Shown: positions 1-12,343, counted from the first letter of the stretch. The stretch is DNA of 64,000 nucleotides from Phoronis australis (GCA_002633005.1 NMRA01000039.1:551225-615224); one strand, 5' to 3'. The notes: generated from the letters alone by a model not told the origin. Translations and numbers: made by a program.

Positions 1-339
1 TGGATTCTTTAAAGTATATTCTTACAAATGGCCTGTAACAATTTTTTTCTCAGACTTACCGTTTTCGAGATATTTGACTTTGAATTTCTTAAAAATAACG
101 CAAAACTTCATTTTTTTCAAAAAATTTACGGAATTAGGCGATACCATCAGTTTAGATAGAATTTTGAACGGGCTTTCAGAAGATGTTTTCCATTTTTCGT
201 TAGGACGTCTACTTTTCGAGTTATTCGAGATTTTCTGATAACGCTGTTCCTTTGTTGAGCGATCTGGCTGTATTGATGTTGGTTTATCTTCTATTGAACT
301 AGACTGTAGCCTATTTCTTATTGATTTATGACATCTAAG

Positions 340-625
340 TTCGTCATATGAATGTTGTGATGTTGTTCATCATCGCCACCACCATCATCATATTCGTCAT
401 CATCGTCATCATCTTCGTCATCATCTCCGTTGTTACAGTATCTTTTCGTTAATTTCGCCAAGTGTCGCACAAGACTGTATCCTTTTTCTTACTGATTTCG
501 GACTTATACGTTCGTCATGTGTATGTCATTATTACTTCTTTTGTTCATCCTCGCCACCATCGAAGTCATATTCGTCATCTTCGTCATCATCTTTATCGTC
601 ATCTTTGTGGTTAATTTCGCCAAGG
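340..625. repeat. Two imperfect ~170-bp tandem units rich in (CAT/CGT)n triplets
   Basis: gttcgtcat...ttgttcatc..cgccacc..catattcgtcatc..cgtcatcatctt...ttaatttcgccaag occurs twice (about 340-462 and 510-624). This explains the hydrophobic 517-729 ORF. Confidence 0.7.
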
Positions 626-3600
626 TTCGCTCCTCGGAGCGCTATCATTTGTTTATTTCACTATCGACTAACAATTGCGTAATATTTGAAATGTTTTGGG
701 TTTTCTGTATGTTAACACTTGTTTTTTAGTTTATCAGCTGTAGTGTTTTCTTTAAAACCACAATTTATTTATAAATTGTTTCTTTTCCTGATTATACTTG
801 TACACACAGTTCTCTTGGAAGTCATAAGGTGGCGCTTACTACTAATTTATATATTCACGATTTTAATGAGACATGGCATCTTTCATGGTCATTTTTAACT
901 TTGGTCCACTCTTTCAGGAGTTTGACTCAGTGATAAGGTCAAGCCATGACCTTGTGTTTGATGACCCAATCCGAGGTTTGTTCGACAGTATAATGAAACG
1001 AATCTAAACCTGCTATGAATCTACCTTCCATAAATTTAGCCTACTACTGATTACACAACCTACGGCTATACAGTGTTTTCCACAGCAGAAAATTCAAGTG
1101 CAGCCAGAGTTATAAACTTTATGTCCTTGTTCAAAAGTCCATGTAGATACTGTTAGGAGTTTATGTGTTAAGTTTTGGAATAAATCAACTGAACTGGTAC
1201 CAAAAATCCAAAATGTCCTAATTTGCTTACGGAATGACTAATCTCTCCCAATACTTCAAACTGGTTGCATGGGTTTTGGAACTTAATGCAAGCAAGTCAA
1301 ACTCGTCCCACAAAATTCAAACTTGATGGAGCGACAAGTCAAAAACAGATTGTGGAGTTCAGTGCTACAAACTTGGGACCATAACCGCCAAACTTTACTC
1401 GAAACTGTACTCTGATAGCAAATTGCATGCCAAGCTTCAAGTAATTTTTTCGAACTTCTCACGACACGATTGGTCAACTTTTAGCCTCGTCTTCATTAGT
1501 GTTCTGTGGTCAGGGTCTTCAATCTCTGCTTGTTCACTTCTCGGATGAGAATTAGTTTCTGGGTTTGAAAGAACTGACAATGAGTTCTTCTTCAGACAAA
1601 GCGCGTCACGTAATATGATCCTGTGTTAAGCCATATTGATGAACCTGTTTTCAACGAATAATGATTGGTCACCATCTTTCTAAGCCTGGACATTACCTCC
1701 AATAGAGCCGTCCCCGATTACACAGCGATAGAACTCTCCTTCGTTCCGGAGATAAGAAAGTACCGGANTAGACGTCTAGCTGAGAAGAGGCACCTTAAGG
1801 TTGAGAAAGACAAAAAGAAGAAGAAGAAAGCACTATAATCAAACTATTAGTTTATTCAGCCTTATTTGACCATTATAAGCACACTTTACTTATGCTGAAT
1901 ACTAAATAAGATTAAAAAATAACCTTCAGCTAAGCATACGGCTAAAAATTTGTTGAAGAGGGTAAACACCTGTGATGTTGGCACACGGGTGTGATCCGGA
2001 GGGTACATCATGTACTGTGTAATTTTGATAACCCTGCAGTATTGTGCACGTAACCGTAATTAATCGTGGTTGCCCTAAGCATCAAAGAATAGAATCAGGT
2101 TCATGGCCATGCCTCTCAATTCCAGGTATATACAATCATCTAAGCCTCCGTCTTAGAAAAGCAGACAGTAGTAAACGCTAGACTGTCACTACAGAACCCA
2201 TTACAAGTACTGATATTGGCCTGCAGGGGATGACCAAACTCCAGCCAGAGGGACTGCTTTTTGAAATTCCAGCAATAAGATAAAGATGGAGCAATGAAAT
2301 CTGTTCCCTGGACTGGGGTTTGCTCACTACATTTTTTTGGCTCAGATGTGGTGCTTTGGAGCGTGATATGGGGTTTTGTATCTTAGGTTTTGTTTCTGCT
2401 GGTCAGCGACTGGGGTTTATATAATCTTCATTGGAATTCAAGGATGCATCCATAGATTTGCTTCCACCCCCTGAACATGGCTGGATCATTAAGATTACAA
2501 TGTAAAACACTGTCTCACCAACAAATGGCTGTCTGGCTCTTTTGAGTTTCTGAAAAATAGAGGACGTGTTTTATTGGTTAAATACTGTTGGAGACTAATA
2601 TTGTCATCAGTTTTCAAAGACTTTTTTGTAAAGTATTGTGGCCTGACACACCTTTTAGCACTAGAAATATTGATAAGGGAAATTTAAAGCATAATGCGAG
2701 GGTGTACGAATTGGCTTCTATATAGTCAATGAACAGCACTGGGGACTACAGCTTGGTAAACTTTAGAATGCTTGTAATTGGTACTTAGTCATCTTGCCAT
2801 GCATAGTAAGAGTACCAAAACTTCAGTCAATGCTTTTGTAAAAGCTGTGGGTAAAAATGTTAGAAGTTGCTAAAAATATGAACAATTTCAGTAGTCTCAC
2901 TTAGTTTGAACAAAGATAATTCACAATACTGGTTGCTTTTATTTTTAAGGCTTTTGAACACTGTTTTTGAATACTCAAAGCTCCCCATTCTTGTATAATG
3001 TAACTGGGGTGCAAAGTTAAAATGTGTAAATCACAAATTTCGTAATTTCTTATCTCTGGTGAAATTGACGCTCCTGGCCCTTTTTGCAATCAGAGGTTGC
3101 AACAGACTGCAGTAAAACTCACATTTCGTCATAGGTGATTAAGTCGTATTTTGCCTAACTCGGACCAAATTCACCATTCCATTTCTTCTGCTTCTTGTAA
3201 TAGGTCCTTAAGGTTAGCCTGATTTTGCCTGTGTCCGGTGAAATGTCGTGGTTCGGTTGGATCCAACTCTATGCTCGTTTCACCGCAGACTCCTGCTGAC
3301 GGGATCGGTGCCGGTCTGTCAGCAAAGTTCGTCTTCATTTGTGTTAGCTAACTTTAAGTATAGCAAGTGGAGTCACTAACGAAAAGTACACTTAATAGAG
3401 CTATATCTCATTAAATTGGTGATGATTTGAAATAAATTTTGCTGGCTAGCTTTTGTTATGAGATCAAGAGAATGAGCTGCACGGTCACATAGTAGCAACA
3501 GCAGCTAAATGTTGCTTTTCATTATTAGTTACATGTGATTCTCACTAAGTTTTTATACAATTATAAAAACACAAATAACACCTGGACCTATGGCCATTTT

Positions 3601-4553
3601 GGGCTTGGGGACTAACTAATCCTCGTGGTGGTTTAGAATTTTTTCGATGGTTATAAGTCATGGGTGTCATTCACAGAATGGGACTTCTGAAGTTGGCATG
3701 CAAGGTCAGTGAAAGTACGTCCTTTAACAAAACTCGTAGTCATACAACTGCACTAGTTGGACTGTGTAACTATACACAGCTTATTAAAGGGTTTTTGGTT
3801 CTGACTTTTATTACCCCTTGTGAATAGCTGAATATTGGAGCCTTGAATGGCGAACCTGGCAAATATTTCAAACTAAGGTTACTATAAAACCAAACAGTAA
3901 CAGGAGACAGTGGTGCCTGACCTGGTGTTTCGTAACGATCAAGGATTAAAACATGGCCTTGAAAGCTGCAATGAACGCAATAGCTCGGGCCTCGTTCTGG
4001 ATGGGGGTTTCAATCATTTTCGGTTGAGGTAATTTACACGGTCTTCTCCACAAAATGGGACCTCGCCGCCGCACACTTTTGGGTAACGCAAGACTTATTT
4101 AAGCGTAATTCTAACGGGGTTGTTTCGCTGCTGTACGCAAGTGGTGGTTTCAGCACTGGGAAAATGAGAAGGAATGTTGTGTGTTAGTTTAGTAGAGCGA
4201 CAGGCGAAGGTTGCAATTATACCGGTGGGGTAGCTATGGATCGGGCACCACCACCTGATTGCAAAAGCCCTCCGTCAAAATTTATTTCTGTATTGTGGCT
4301 GTTTTCAACTCCTTGTTATTGCAAAGTACTCCCGTGTTTCCACTCAGTTCGCCAACATTTTCTCGTCCACCCTCTTTCCCTGTTGAATTTCGGTACTAGT
4401 CGCGGTTACGTCAGTGGGCTTAAGTTTTTAGGTTTGTGACAATAGAGGAAATAATGTAAAAATGAAAACTATTCAGAACAGAGCACATTAGTTTGCATAT
4501 CTTGCAGCTTCGGAAAGCTTACTCATAGTTGCGACGATAAATCAAATACAGTC

Positions 4554-4801
4554 CATGCGCATCCAGGGGGGCTGGGAGGGACTTGAACAGGCCCCCCTCC
4601 TCATTTGGCGAAGTGGGTGAAAATGTCTACCTCAGAGAAACAAAAAATCCGAGAAAACGAGACAAAAGTCCACACAAAAGGCAGGAATTCTCCGAATGCA
4701 CAATTCTTAGCTCTGAACGTAGCCTAAACCGTTATTTTTTTAGTAAAAAGTTCACATTCTCAAAAATTGAGCCCCTATATTTTAGGCTGAGTGCGCGCGT
4801 G
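4554..4801. mobile_element. MITE (248 bp) with CAYGCGC termini and 5-bp TSD
   Basis: CAGTC|CATGCGC...GCGCGTG|CAGTC, with G-run/C-run subtermini. A related right half lies at about 49480-49575. Confidence 0.7.
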
Positions 4802-5971
4802 CAGTCTGCTTTCAGGATGAAAGGAAAGAGCATCTTAGATGTAGAAACAATGTCTTCCTGGTAATATCAAAATGTTTTAAAGGCCTTTTCACGGCGTGTC
4901 ATTTTACACGCGAAGCGTATGGTCTCGAACAACCGTTTCTTTGCGAGCCCAGAGATTACTTCTTTGCTAGTATTGTAAGGAACATTTTAAGACTGGTTTC
5001 AACATGTTAAATAAAAAATTCGGTTCTTGGACGGAATGCAGATAAATCCGACCCGTAGCCAATGTTGCGCGGGAGCAGTCGTTCGAATTTCTAGAACGGT
5101 GGACCTTTGATATTTGAAAAGGTCGACACAAAATGAGAACGGAACTCAAATTCAGATGATGTGTTCCAGAAAGAGAATGTTCTCGCTTTACTTCCTGCCA
5201 GACTTTCCGGGAAAATCAGGCGTGTTTACTGACATTGCTGGCACTGAGACCATTACACTATTCCGGAAATAGCTAAAATTTCGTACTCAGCGGTAATCTT
5301 TACACTTTAACATGCAAAAATAAACGATTACGTTATCAAATGCACTGAGTAGTGTATCCATACCGAAAACAACGCCCGACTGGCACTAAAACACGTTTGG
5401 ATTTAATGGACATGCCCGCATGCCTTACGAATACGGAAAATGAGTGCGCACTTGCACATTTAAAAGAATATGAATTAGGAATATTGATGAATTATCAACC
5501 ACGATACGTTCATCAAAACCATTTTGCACCGCCACTGAAAAACTTAGGGTCGTTGCACCTCAACCTCACCCACCGCAACCACGCACACGGCCGGCTCGAA
5601 ACTAAAGGTGCCTAGTCCCTGCCAGTCTTCACGAAGTCAGATAGTCCCATGTAGTTTACCTAAATTTAAAACTGCCGTTTATCGCAGCAGCCCTAAACTG
5701 TGCCCCAATTAAGATACTGTCCCTGCTTGAGAATGAGTCGTTGGTTAGATTCAACAATCACGATTGTCAATGATTGGAACTGAACTCATTTGTAAATAAT
5801 GTCATCAATGTTTTAAGAACTATTCAACTCTTGCACACCCTTGAAATGGTTAGTTACCAAATGGGCACAGATACAATTTTTATTCGTGTAAGTTCCCACT
5901 CAGTAGTACTGAGATAATCAGAGTAATGAACGGTCGATAAGTTTTGGCTTTGGAATTGTGGACATTCAATG

Positions 5972-6058
5972 TAGTGAACTTTCGAAGGTAGCGAACCTTC
6001 GGAGCAGTCAACCTTCGGAGTACTGGACCTCCTGAGCAGTTAACCTTCGGAATAGTGA
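5972..6058. repeat. Short degenerate tandem array of ~16-17 bp units (aaccttcgga core), probably a transposon subterminal repeat
   Basis: About five units of agyraaccttcgga. Confidence 0.6.
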
Positions 6059-7281
6059 CATGTAACCATGGAAATATTTTCTATCAAATTTGTTGTGCAT
6101 ATAAAGTCTTCGAGGCTGTGCACCATTGACACTGATTGACAAGAGAAAGCTTTCGTCATTGACCAAAGTTTTTTATTAGGTCTAGACCTATTTTTCCCTA
6201 AAAATGTGAACATACGCGTCGGAAATTTCTCAGTGCAAGAAAGCACAGTAGTTAAAAGTCTGTTTTTGAGCAACAACGGAGGACTGCCTATAGTGAACTT
6301 ACCGTCGGCGTGTAGGCCTATAACATATCTGAAGATCACTTTCAATTCGAAACCTTGAAAATGCCTGCGGCTATACCAAAATAGCAAATAAACCTATTTT
6401 CTGCTGTTTTTTATTAGTCGACTAAGGCATTCACACCGCATTACGTTTTGGGAGCTCTCGCTGATATATAGCCTAGCTAAGTACACTGAGACCTTTACTT
6501 CTAGAGTTCCCTGTTATCCTACGGCGGGTGTAGTCACCTCGCGCGTTCATTGCTGGTGAATAACGTAAAGTCTCTTCGATCTAATCGTCTGCACGAACCT
6601 GTCATCTACTCAAACACCATTCGGGTGAATTTGGCCGGGTACGGCCCGATTTTGTGAATTATTCATCGATCGTAATTCTGATTAACTCAGCAGTCCTTTT
6701 CAGGATTACCATTGTTTATAAGTATTTTAAGTGTGATTTAAATTCTAGTAGTAGTATTAAGGTGTTTGATTGTAGATTAAACGTTTATTGTATATCATTA
6801 TTTACTGATATCCAGTGATATCGTCACTTAACGTGTACCGATAACGTGTACCTTGCTAATCAAATTAATTTCCAGGTAACTAACCGTCTTAACTTTCAGC
6901 GCAAGGTTGCAGCTTTGCTTTTATCCAACCATGCATGTAAGTAAACAATTGACTATTTTTAGAATTTATCTTTGGCATTTGCATACACCACATCATTCAT
7001 AACCATATCTCCATGGGATTATTCCCGTTGTGTTGCTCGTCATAGATAGATAGATGTCCTACCGAGTGATTGTTAAAAATAGTGCATTTCAAGTATACAT
7101 CAGTGGTGGTACATTTAACAGTTCTGTCATTTAGTTGCATTACTTAAAAACGGTTTGTCGAAAATACGCTCATCACTGACTCTGAAGCGTTTCTATGCAC
7201 CGACATATTTTAAGACTAATCAAGTGAATGATCTGCGTGGTCGGTAATCAAGTGTTGCACGAACTCCTAACCTGTATCGCT

Positions 7282-8532
7282 GGAGTACAGTTCGAATTGC
7301 CAGAAAACCACTGAACTATGGATCTTGTTTTGGCCAAAATCTACTTGTCAAATTACCTGTAGTTGCGAATGTCGATAGCCTACTAACGGCATTTTATGTT
7401 AGGCTCACTCTCGGACATCTCAAACTGAGTGAACGAACATGGTGTTTTAATCTGAAGATTTTGGTGAAAAGTTACTTTTCGACAGATTCCTACAGAAATT
7501 AAATGTTAATTAATTTCTTCCTGGACTCGCCTTTTTTCATCAACAAAACTCTTTCTCACGAATGACATCGTTTCCTCTCGAATAGAATTAGGGGTTATAT
7601 TAGCCTTGGTACAAAGCTGTATATTTATATATTTTTTGCACCGATGTGGGTAAAAAAGTGGCAAGATAAAATCTGACACAAAATTAGTGTCATTAAAAAC
7701 TACAGTCTTTCTTGAGTAAACAAAATTATTTAACAGTGTTGAAAAAAATGGCGTTCTACCGTTATTCTGCTGCTAAAGTTGTGGAGCAATCTTTAGCGAC
7801 GGCTTTCGGCGCCGTGAAATATTGCGTCACGTATTGGCCAGTTTCTTTTTTCGCCGATTCTTCAATCAACTGTTGTTCTTTCACGAGCTTGCGTACACGT
7901 CACAACANGGAGTACAGTTCGAATTGTCAGAAAACCACTGAACTATGGATCTTGTTTTGGCCAAAATCTACTTGTCAAATTACCCGTAGTTGCGAATGTC
8001 GATAGCCTACTAACGGCATTTTATGTTAGGCTCACTCTCGGACATCTCAAACTGAGTGAACGAACATGGTGTTTTAATCTGAAGATTTTGGTGAAAAGTT
8101 AGTTTTCGACAGATTCCTACAGAAACTAAATGTTAATTAATTTCTTCCTGGACTCGCCTTTTTTCACCAACAAAACTCTTTCTCACGAATGACATCGTTT
8201 CCTCTCGAATAGAATTAGGGGTTATATTAGCCTTGGTACAAAGCTGTATATTTATATATTTTGCACCGATGTGGGTAAAAAAGTGGCAAGATAAAATCTG
8301 ACACAAAATTAGTGTCATTAAAAACTACAGTCTTTCTTGAGTAAACAAAATTATTTAACAGTGTTGGAAAAAATGGCGTTCTACCGTTATTCTGCTGCTA
8401 AAGTTGTGGAGCGATCTTTAGCGACGGCTTTCGGCGCCGTGAAATATTGCGTCACGTATTGGCCAGTTTCTTTTTTCGCCGATTTTTCAATCAGCTGTTG
8501 TTCTTTCACGAGCTTGCGTACACGTCACAACA
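7282..8532. repeat. Near-identical ~625-bp direct duplication across a single N (probable uncollapsed haplotype overlap)
   Basis: 7282-7907 and 7909-8532 match except for scattered substitutions and small indels; the junction is exactly the N at 7908. Confidence 0.85.
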
Positions 8533-9540
8533 AATTATCAGAACTGGTTTCACTTCATTATAAGTTTTTAGAATTTTGATGCCGAAAAATCGAATTTTGC
8601 TGCTGCCAAGCTATCATCATCACCCGAGAGATGTCGCAAAAATTTAGGAAATGGCGCGTGCGCGTGACACGAGCGTGCTGTTTTCAAAACGACGAAATAC
8701 TTTTCATTGTTAGAAAAGGCGGAGAGTTAGATACCGAAAAATCGAATTTCAGAAGAAATTTTGCTGCTGCCAAGCTATCATCATCACCCGAGAGATGTCG
8801 CAAAATTTAGGAAATGGCGCGTGCGCGTGACACGAGCGTGCTGTTTTCAAAACGACGAAATACTTTTCATTGTTAGAGAAGGCGGAGAGTTACACAAGAA
8901 AATGACTTTTATTGCATTGTTTTTTCACTTAAACGGCTGTAACGGGAAAGGTGAGTGTCGGTTGACTCCCAGATTTTGCATGCACACCGTCCGGTTTTTA
9001 GTTTTACATGTTGATACAAGTTTCACGGCGCGGTGACGAGCAGAACTACCCAGGCTGTGTGCAATTTCGAGGTCTACGGAAGAAATACACACAGTGGGAC
9101 CAAGCCGTATTGACGACAATCTTCATACAGCTAGCTGGCTGGCTAGGGTTATATCAACTTGGAATTCCAAAGATAAGGACCGTGCAAATAGCCATGAGGG
9201 AGCAAAGATTATTTTCCCTGTCGAAACTTTTCCCGATAATGAAAGAAACGCACCTCATGATTATGAGTCTTTCAGAGAATAACCCGGCAATATTCTAGAT
9301 ATCCTGTGAAAGCAACCTTTTTATTCAGGCCACCTGTGACTACTAAACTCAATGTCATGAACCTTTCTCGGATAGTAAATGATTTTGCTGACGAAGACTC
9401 AACCAGTAGAATGTTGTTCCTTCAGACCACGCCATTTAGTTGCTTGTCACGGCGGGTTTGGTGCAGTTACCGAGTCATTATGGTCGTTAGGGTAATCAGC
9501 AGGCGAATTATTGCAACCAACGTTATTGCAAAAAGGATAA
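8150..9540 (+). pseudogene. Decayed copy of the multi-pass membrane protein family, split by a transposon insertion
   Basis: Removing 8228-9145 and one TSD gives a continuous frame NSFSRMTSFPLE*N*GLYQLGIPKIRTVQIAMREQRLFSLSKLF (cf. SNLTEMEAFPV...YISSTLF of paralog B). Later DHAI*LLVTAGL matches DLCLIKWLVTNGL of paralog A, with the DNA gcttgtcac shared. Many stops. Confidence 0.6.
8228..9145. mobile_element. Non-autonomous DNA transposon with TAGCC...GGCTA ends and 9-bp TSD (AcademH-like; MULE not excluded)
   Basis: GGGTTATAT|TAGCC...GGCTA|GGGTTATAT. Internal ~150-bp tandem duplication (8582-8730 / 8733-8890). Further copies at 55100-56650 and a diverged inverted right end starting at 9545. 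Confidence 0.75.
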
Positions 9541-9730
9541 AAGCTAGCCAGCCAGTTAGCTAAATGGAGAATAATGTCAACATACTCATACAAGTAGAGT
9601 TTTTTGTACTGCGATTCACTGAGAATAACATTCTTCAAACTTTTTAGGGATTTTCTTGGAAGCCTGTCCACAACAAAGGTCTACTAGTGCTCATTGGCTC
9701 GTTATTCGTCTGCTACTCGGCTGAGTTGAC

Positions 9731-11444
9731 ATGCAAGACGATCACGTGGTGGTCTTCAGGTTAGTTTCACAGCATTAGATAGCCCCCTCCCCAAACGAAG
9801 GAGAGCATGCAAACGACAAGTCATATTTTTGTTGACTTTCATATTTTTGTTCACTTAAAACTGTGTTTTATGTTAATAAATGCATAGTTCGCCAACATCC
9901 TGTTCGTTATTATCAATGATAAATGCTTCGCAAAATTGAATTTGTGACAAAAAGTTGACGCTGAGTGGGCTTTTAAGAGGAAATCTTCCGAGTAAACGCC
10001 TCACTATATGAACACTTGGCACTAGAAATTATAACACCAAATAAATGCCCATGGGCGTTTATTTGGCAAAAATTTTCGAATAAACGCCAATGAGCGTTTC
10101 ATCGGGTGGGCTTATCTCCGGGAAATCACGGTATATGCCAAATTGACAAGGAAACTTCTACACAAAGGGCAACTTTTCTTTTTATCTATATCTAATTGAC
10201 CATTTGCATGCCACTTTTTGAGTAATCTTGCAATTTTTACCTGAACCATGCGTCCTGGTTGGTTAGAGCTGCATTTCGCCTGAATCTGGCTAAAACGAAA
10301 ATTGAATTAGGCCATTTACTCTCATAAAGTGGTGTCGTAATATTCCTTACCGTGACTGGATTCTATTTCCGTTACCAACTCTAGTCACAGACGATGCGTG
10401 GACCGCAAAAGATGCATTAATTTTGAATTCCGTAGCGTGGCCTGTAATGCTTTCGTCGTAAACCAAACAGCAGGTTCATCACACAGTAATAGTAATGACG
10501 GATTAGGGTACAGCATTATTGAAGCAGATCCGATAGGATCTACCTCTGTTTTACTTACAGATGTCGACCAGCGCGCGAAGATAATGGCTTTCATCGACCC
10601 TTTTACAGTTCCTTTGAAATATGGAACATTTCACTTTGAACAACTGGTTGGCGTTTTGGTCATAGCATGGCAGTTTGCAGTGATCGTCTATATAGCTAGC
10701 AGTATATTCCGAGTAAACGGAACGATGAACTATGTCTACTGTTATCCGGAGTTGTTCAGCGAGAACTTTTATTTTACGTACGGCTCAAGCTTCATCATCA
10801 GCGGCACCTGGTGGAGATTACTGGTCCACGCGCGTGATTTTGAATGGTCCATGTTTCTGTCTCTCACTCGCGTCATCTGCGCTGTTGTATGTCTCGTATC
10901 TGTCCTTAAGAGACTGCACGACAAGCATGCCCTGCTGCGGAGGGAACTTCACGAATGGGATCTCTGTTTGATCAAGTGGCTTGTCACCAACGGGCTTTCA
11001 GTGTACGCTGGTTCGGCTCATCACATTCTTCTCTGCAGCGTCACGATCGTCATGGATCAGCGCTGGAAACATCTCTTCCCCGACGATTTCATGGGTCTCT
11101 ACGGTCACGTGTTTTTCTATTACCTAACCATACCCGTCGTGGTGTTTTTGGAACAAGTTATATTCAGGGAGTACTTCCGTGACGTTTTCGCCCACCACGT
11201 TCTGCACACGACGCGACTTATTCAACTTATCGTCAACATATGCACTCGATCAGAAGGACTGTCGGTTGGACTTTTCGTTCTCGCTACGATTATCCTTGTC
11301 ATTCAACTAGTCTTTTTAGGATTAAAGGTTTACCGCGAGTGTTTCAAGAGAAAGTCTGCACTCCGGCGCAACACGCTTGGTAATCAGCCCGACACACTTA
11401 TAACACTAGACAGACGGAAATATTCTCTTCTCAAGTCTCAATAA
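9731..11444 (+). CDS. Uncharacterised multi-pass membrane protein, paralog A; proposed exons 9731-9759 and 10385-11444 (possible in-frame intron 10474-10560)
   Basis: Long hydrophobic ORF 10398-11444 with motifs AWQ..IVYI.S.IFR, FY..YGS.F....WWR, LVTNGL..YA, LY.H.F, FLE and HxVLHT.RLIQ shared with paralog B. Strong acceptor at 10560 in phase 1, as in paralog B. The 5' exon (MQDDHVVVF, AG|gttagt, phase 2) is phase-compatible but tentative. Confidence 0.8.
9985..10133. mobile_element. Tc1/mariner-pogo-like MITE remnant with internal palindrome
   Basis: Palindrome ccaaataaatgcccatgggcgtttatttgg, repeated taaacgcc motifs, and an end ...CACGGTA. Confidence 0.45.
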
Positions 11445-12109
11445 CTTCTTTTATCACAATGGCATTTCCGTTGCAGCTATAGCAGGTGACAAATTTGCTC
11501 AAACATACTATGTAGCCAATGTGCAGGTCAATAAGTAGAGAGTTTACAATGGACGTATTTTGATACAAGACCGCGATAAACAGGGACTATATATTCACCT
11601 TTTTGTATTTTATAAGTTCATATCAAATGATAATCCATTCAATCTTTGCAAAACTATGAATTCTAGTATTTGCGCAAAAAAGGAATGTTGAAGTTCTCAT
11701 AGCAAACGAGTAACTGTATTTTTAAGATTAGGTCAGTACCAGTTGTCTGGTTTCTCAACTGTCGTCTTACGTTATTTCTTGGGCATTTATAGTGATTTTT
11801 GTTTGATTTCTAAGCTTTGCTGTGGACGACTTGGAATGAGCAATGAAACATAGGCCTAACAAAAACCTGCCTTGTGTTCCTGTCCGTACTGAAGTAAAAG
11901 GTTCGGTTTGTGTCGTAGTCAACCAGACGATCACAGAAATGGGAGATTCTCTGTACACTTTTTAAGGTAAAGACACTGAGGAATACATGTGTATCAGAGT
12001 TATATGTGACGTAATTATTTCTGTCCATAGATGGCGCTCCCTATATCTAACCTCCTCAGGTTAGTCTCATGCGGGTCGCCGGCGTGAAGTCGGCTTCCTG
12101 CAAGCAGTC

Positions 12110-12240
12110 AGGTTCCTGGAATGTCACGTGAATTGACTTGCCTGATAAGTGTCAGATTCTGTATCATAAATATCCTTAGTTCACCACATCAAAGCGCTGC
12201 GAAGGAACGTATTGTTACTTTCGCATTCAAAAAGGCTTTT
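12110..12240. repeat. Interspersed repeat end, second copy at about 49345-49465
   Basis: Both copies contain aatgtcacgtg...tgtcag...tcacca...ctgcga...cgtatt...cgcattcaa(a/g)aaggcttt. Confidence 0.6.
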
Positions 12241-12249
12241 ATTAACACG

Positions 12250-12343
12250 TACATGTACCTCGCTGGTACCCTACATGCCTAGCCAGCACGCGTGCTGGCT
12301 CTGACTACCTAGAGGCACGCAGGGAACCAGCGAGATACATGTA
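12250..12343. mobile_element. Tiny palindromic MITE-like element
   Basis: 30-bp arms tacatgtacctcgctggtaccctacatgcct / aggcacgcagggaaccagcgagatacatgta, with an inner perfect palindrome agccagcacgcgtgctggct. Confidence 0.65.

Noticed and set aside
517-729. Hydrophobic 70-aa ORF resembling a small membrane protein
   Set aside because: It derives from a (CAT/CGT)n low-complexity repeat.
5972-6058. Short repeats as a CRISPR-like array
   Set aside because: Units are adjacent with no unique spacers, the context is eukaryotic and there are no cas genes.
7712-8579. Recurring ORF MSKQNYLTVL... (also 55160-55462 and 56311-56502)
   Set aside because: These are copies of one non-coding repeat; TTG start, variable ends and no recognisable domain.
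10398-11444. Membrane paralogs as GPCRs or rhodopsins
   Set aside because: No DRY/NPxxY motifs and no shared retinal-binding Lys in the last helices.
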